DNA from: Octopus vulgaris
Taxonomy: Eukaryota
NCBI GenBank assembly: GCA_951406725.2
Contig: OX597817.1
Span: 112,716,001 to 112,780,000, forward strand
Reading direction: 5' to 3'
DNA: 64,000 bases
The notes under the pieces were generated by a model. That model was not told the DNA's origin. It made no database searches and was given only the letters and a program-made list of their open reading frames with translations. The position numbers and the translations under genes were made by a program. This document shows, in pieces, positions 63,370-64,000 of the stretch; the stretch's first letter is position 1, and every line of letters starts with the position of its first letter.

Positions 63370-64000
63370 ATAATAATGATAATAATGAAATTATTGTATA
63401 CAGTGCTCAGGTGCACCACAGCTTGTCAGAAAGTGCGTATAAAGTGTATGCAGTAATGTACAAATGTCTGGAAAGCGAACAATGTATGAGTCAGATACAT
63501 GCTTGTGTGTGTATGGAGGGGAGGAAATCAGGTGTAGCGTTGGCGAATCTGAGAAAGCATGGAAGTTTTGAAGGATGCAGTGCTCCGACAACTAAAAACC
63601 GATGCTAGCAGTTTGTTCCATGCTTCAGCAACTCTCAGCGTGAAAAAATGTTTCCTAAAGTCATGGGAGCTGTGCTGCTTTCTGACTTTGTAAATATGTC
63701 CACGGGTGTTAGACAGGTGGAGTTTGAAAAGGTGCTCAGAGTTATTGTTCGTAAGATGGTTGATAATTTTATGGGTGTCTGCCAAGTCAGCTGCCAGACG
63801 TTTGGAGTTTCAATATGTCCATGCCCAGGGAAGAAAGGTGTTCAGAATATGGCAAATGCCTGATGGAGGGTATTCTTTTGGTTGCATGTCGCTGAACGGC
63901 TTCCAGACGATTGATATCCTGGGCATGATAGGGGTTCCAGACTGGTGATGCAAATTCCAGGTGAGGTCTTACCATAGCTATATAAAGCCGCAGATAGATA
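63370..64000 (-). mobile_element. CR1-clade LINE 3' end
   Basis: LYIAMVRPHLEFASPVWNPY...LEAVQRHATK.I..LPYSE.L, NTRGH.YK...RKHFFTLRV.EAWNKL; 3' UTR with an (ATT)n-like tail. Confidence 0.88.

Overview
AT-rich, microsatellite-dense animal genomic DNA. The repeat content is typical of a cephalopod, probably Octopus (inference from repeat families, not a database hit). The only host coding sequence I can support is one first coding exon on the minus strand (24239-24417): signal peptide plus LRR N-terminal cap with peroxidasin-like spacing, followed by an intron that seems to run past position 1. Everything else is decayed mobile DNA: six Penelope-like retroelement (PLE) remnants, mariner (DD34D), maT-like (DD37D) and pogo-like transposons, hAT/piggyBac/pogo MITEs, a non-autonomous Helitron, RTE, CR1 and RLE-type LINE fragments, and several SINE families. 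The most striking unexplained pattern is a dense set of type I hammerhead-ribozyme (HHR) motifs, about ten readable by eye. They lie in PLE pseudo-LTRs and short non-coding elements, mostly inserted in (TA)n. Three unrelated ones are head-to-head palindromes with an HHR on each strand pointing outward, which suggests fold-back integration. One PLE family also carries long CA-rich 3' tracts and variant-core HHRs. Most long ORFs in the supplied track are microsatellite artefacts. Coordinates of degenerate repeats are approximate.
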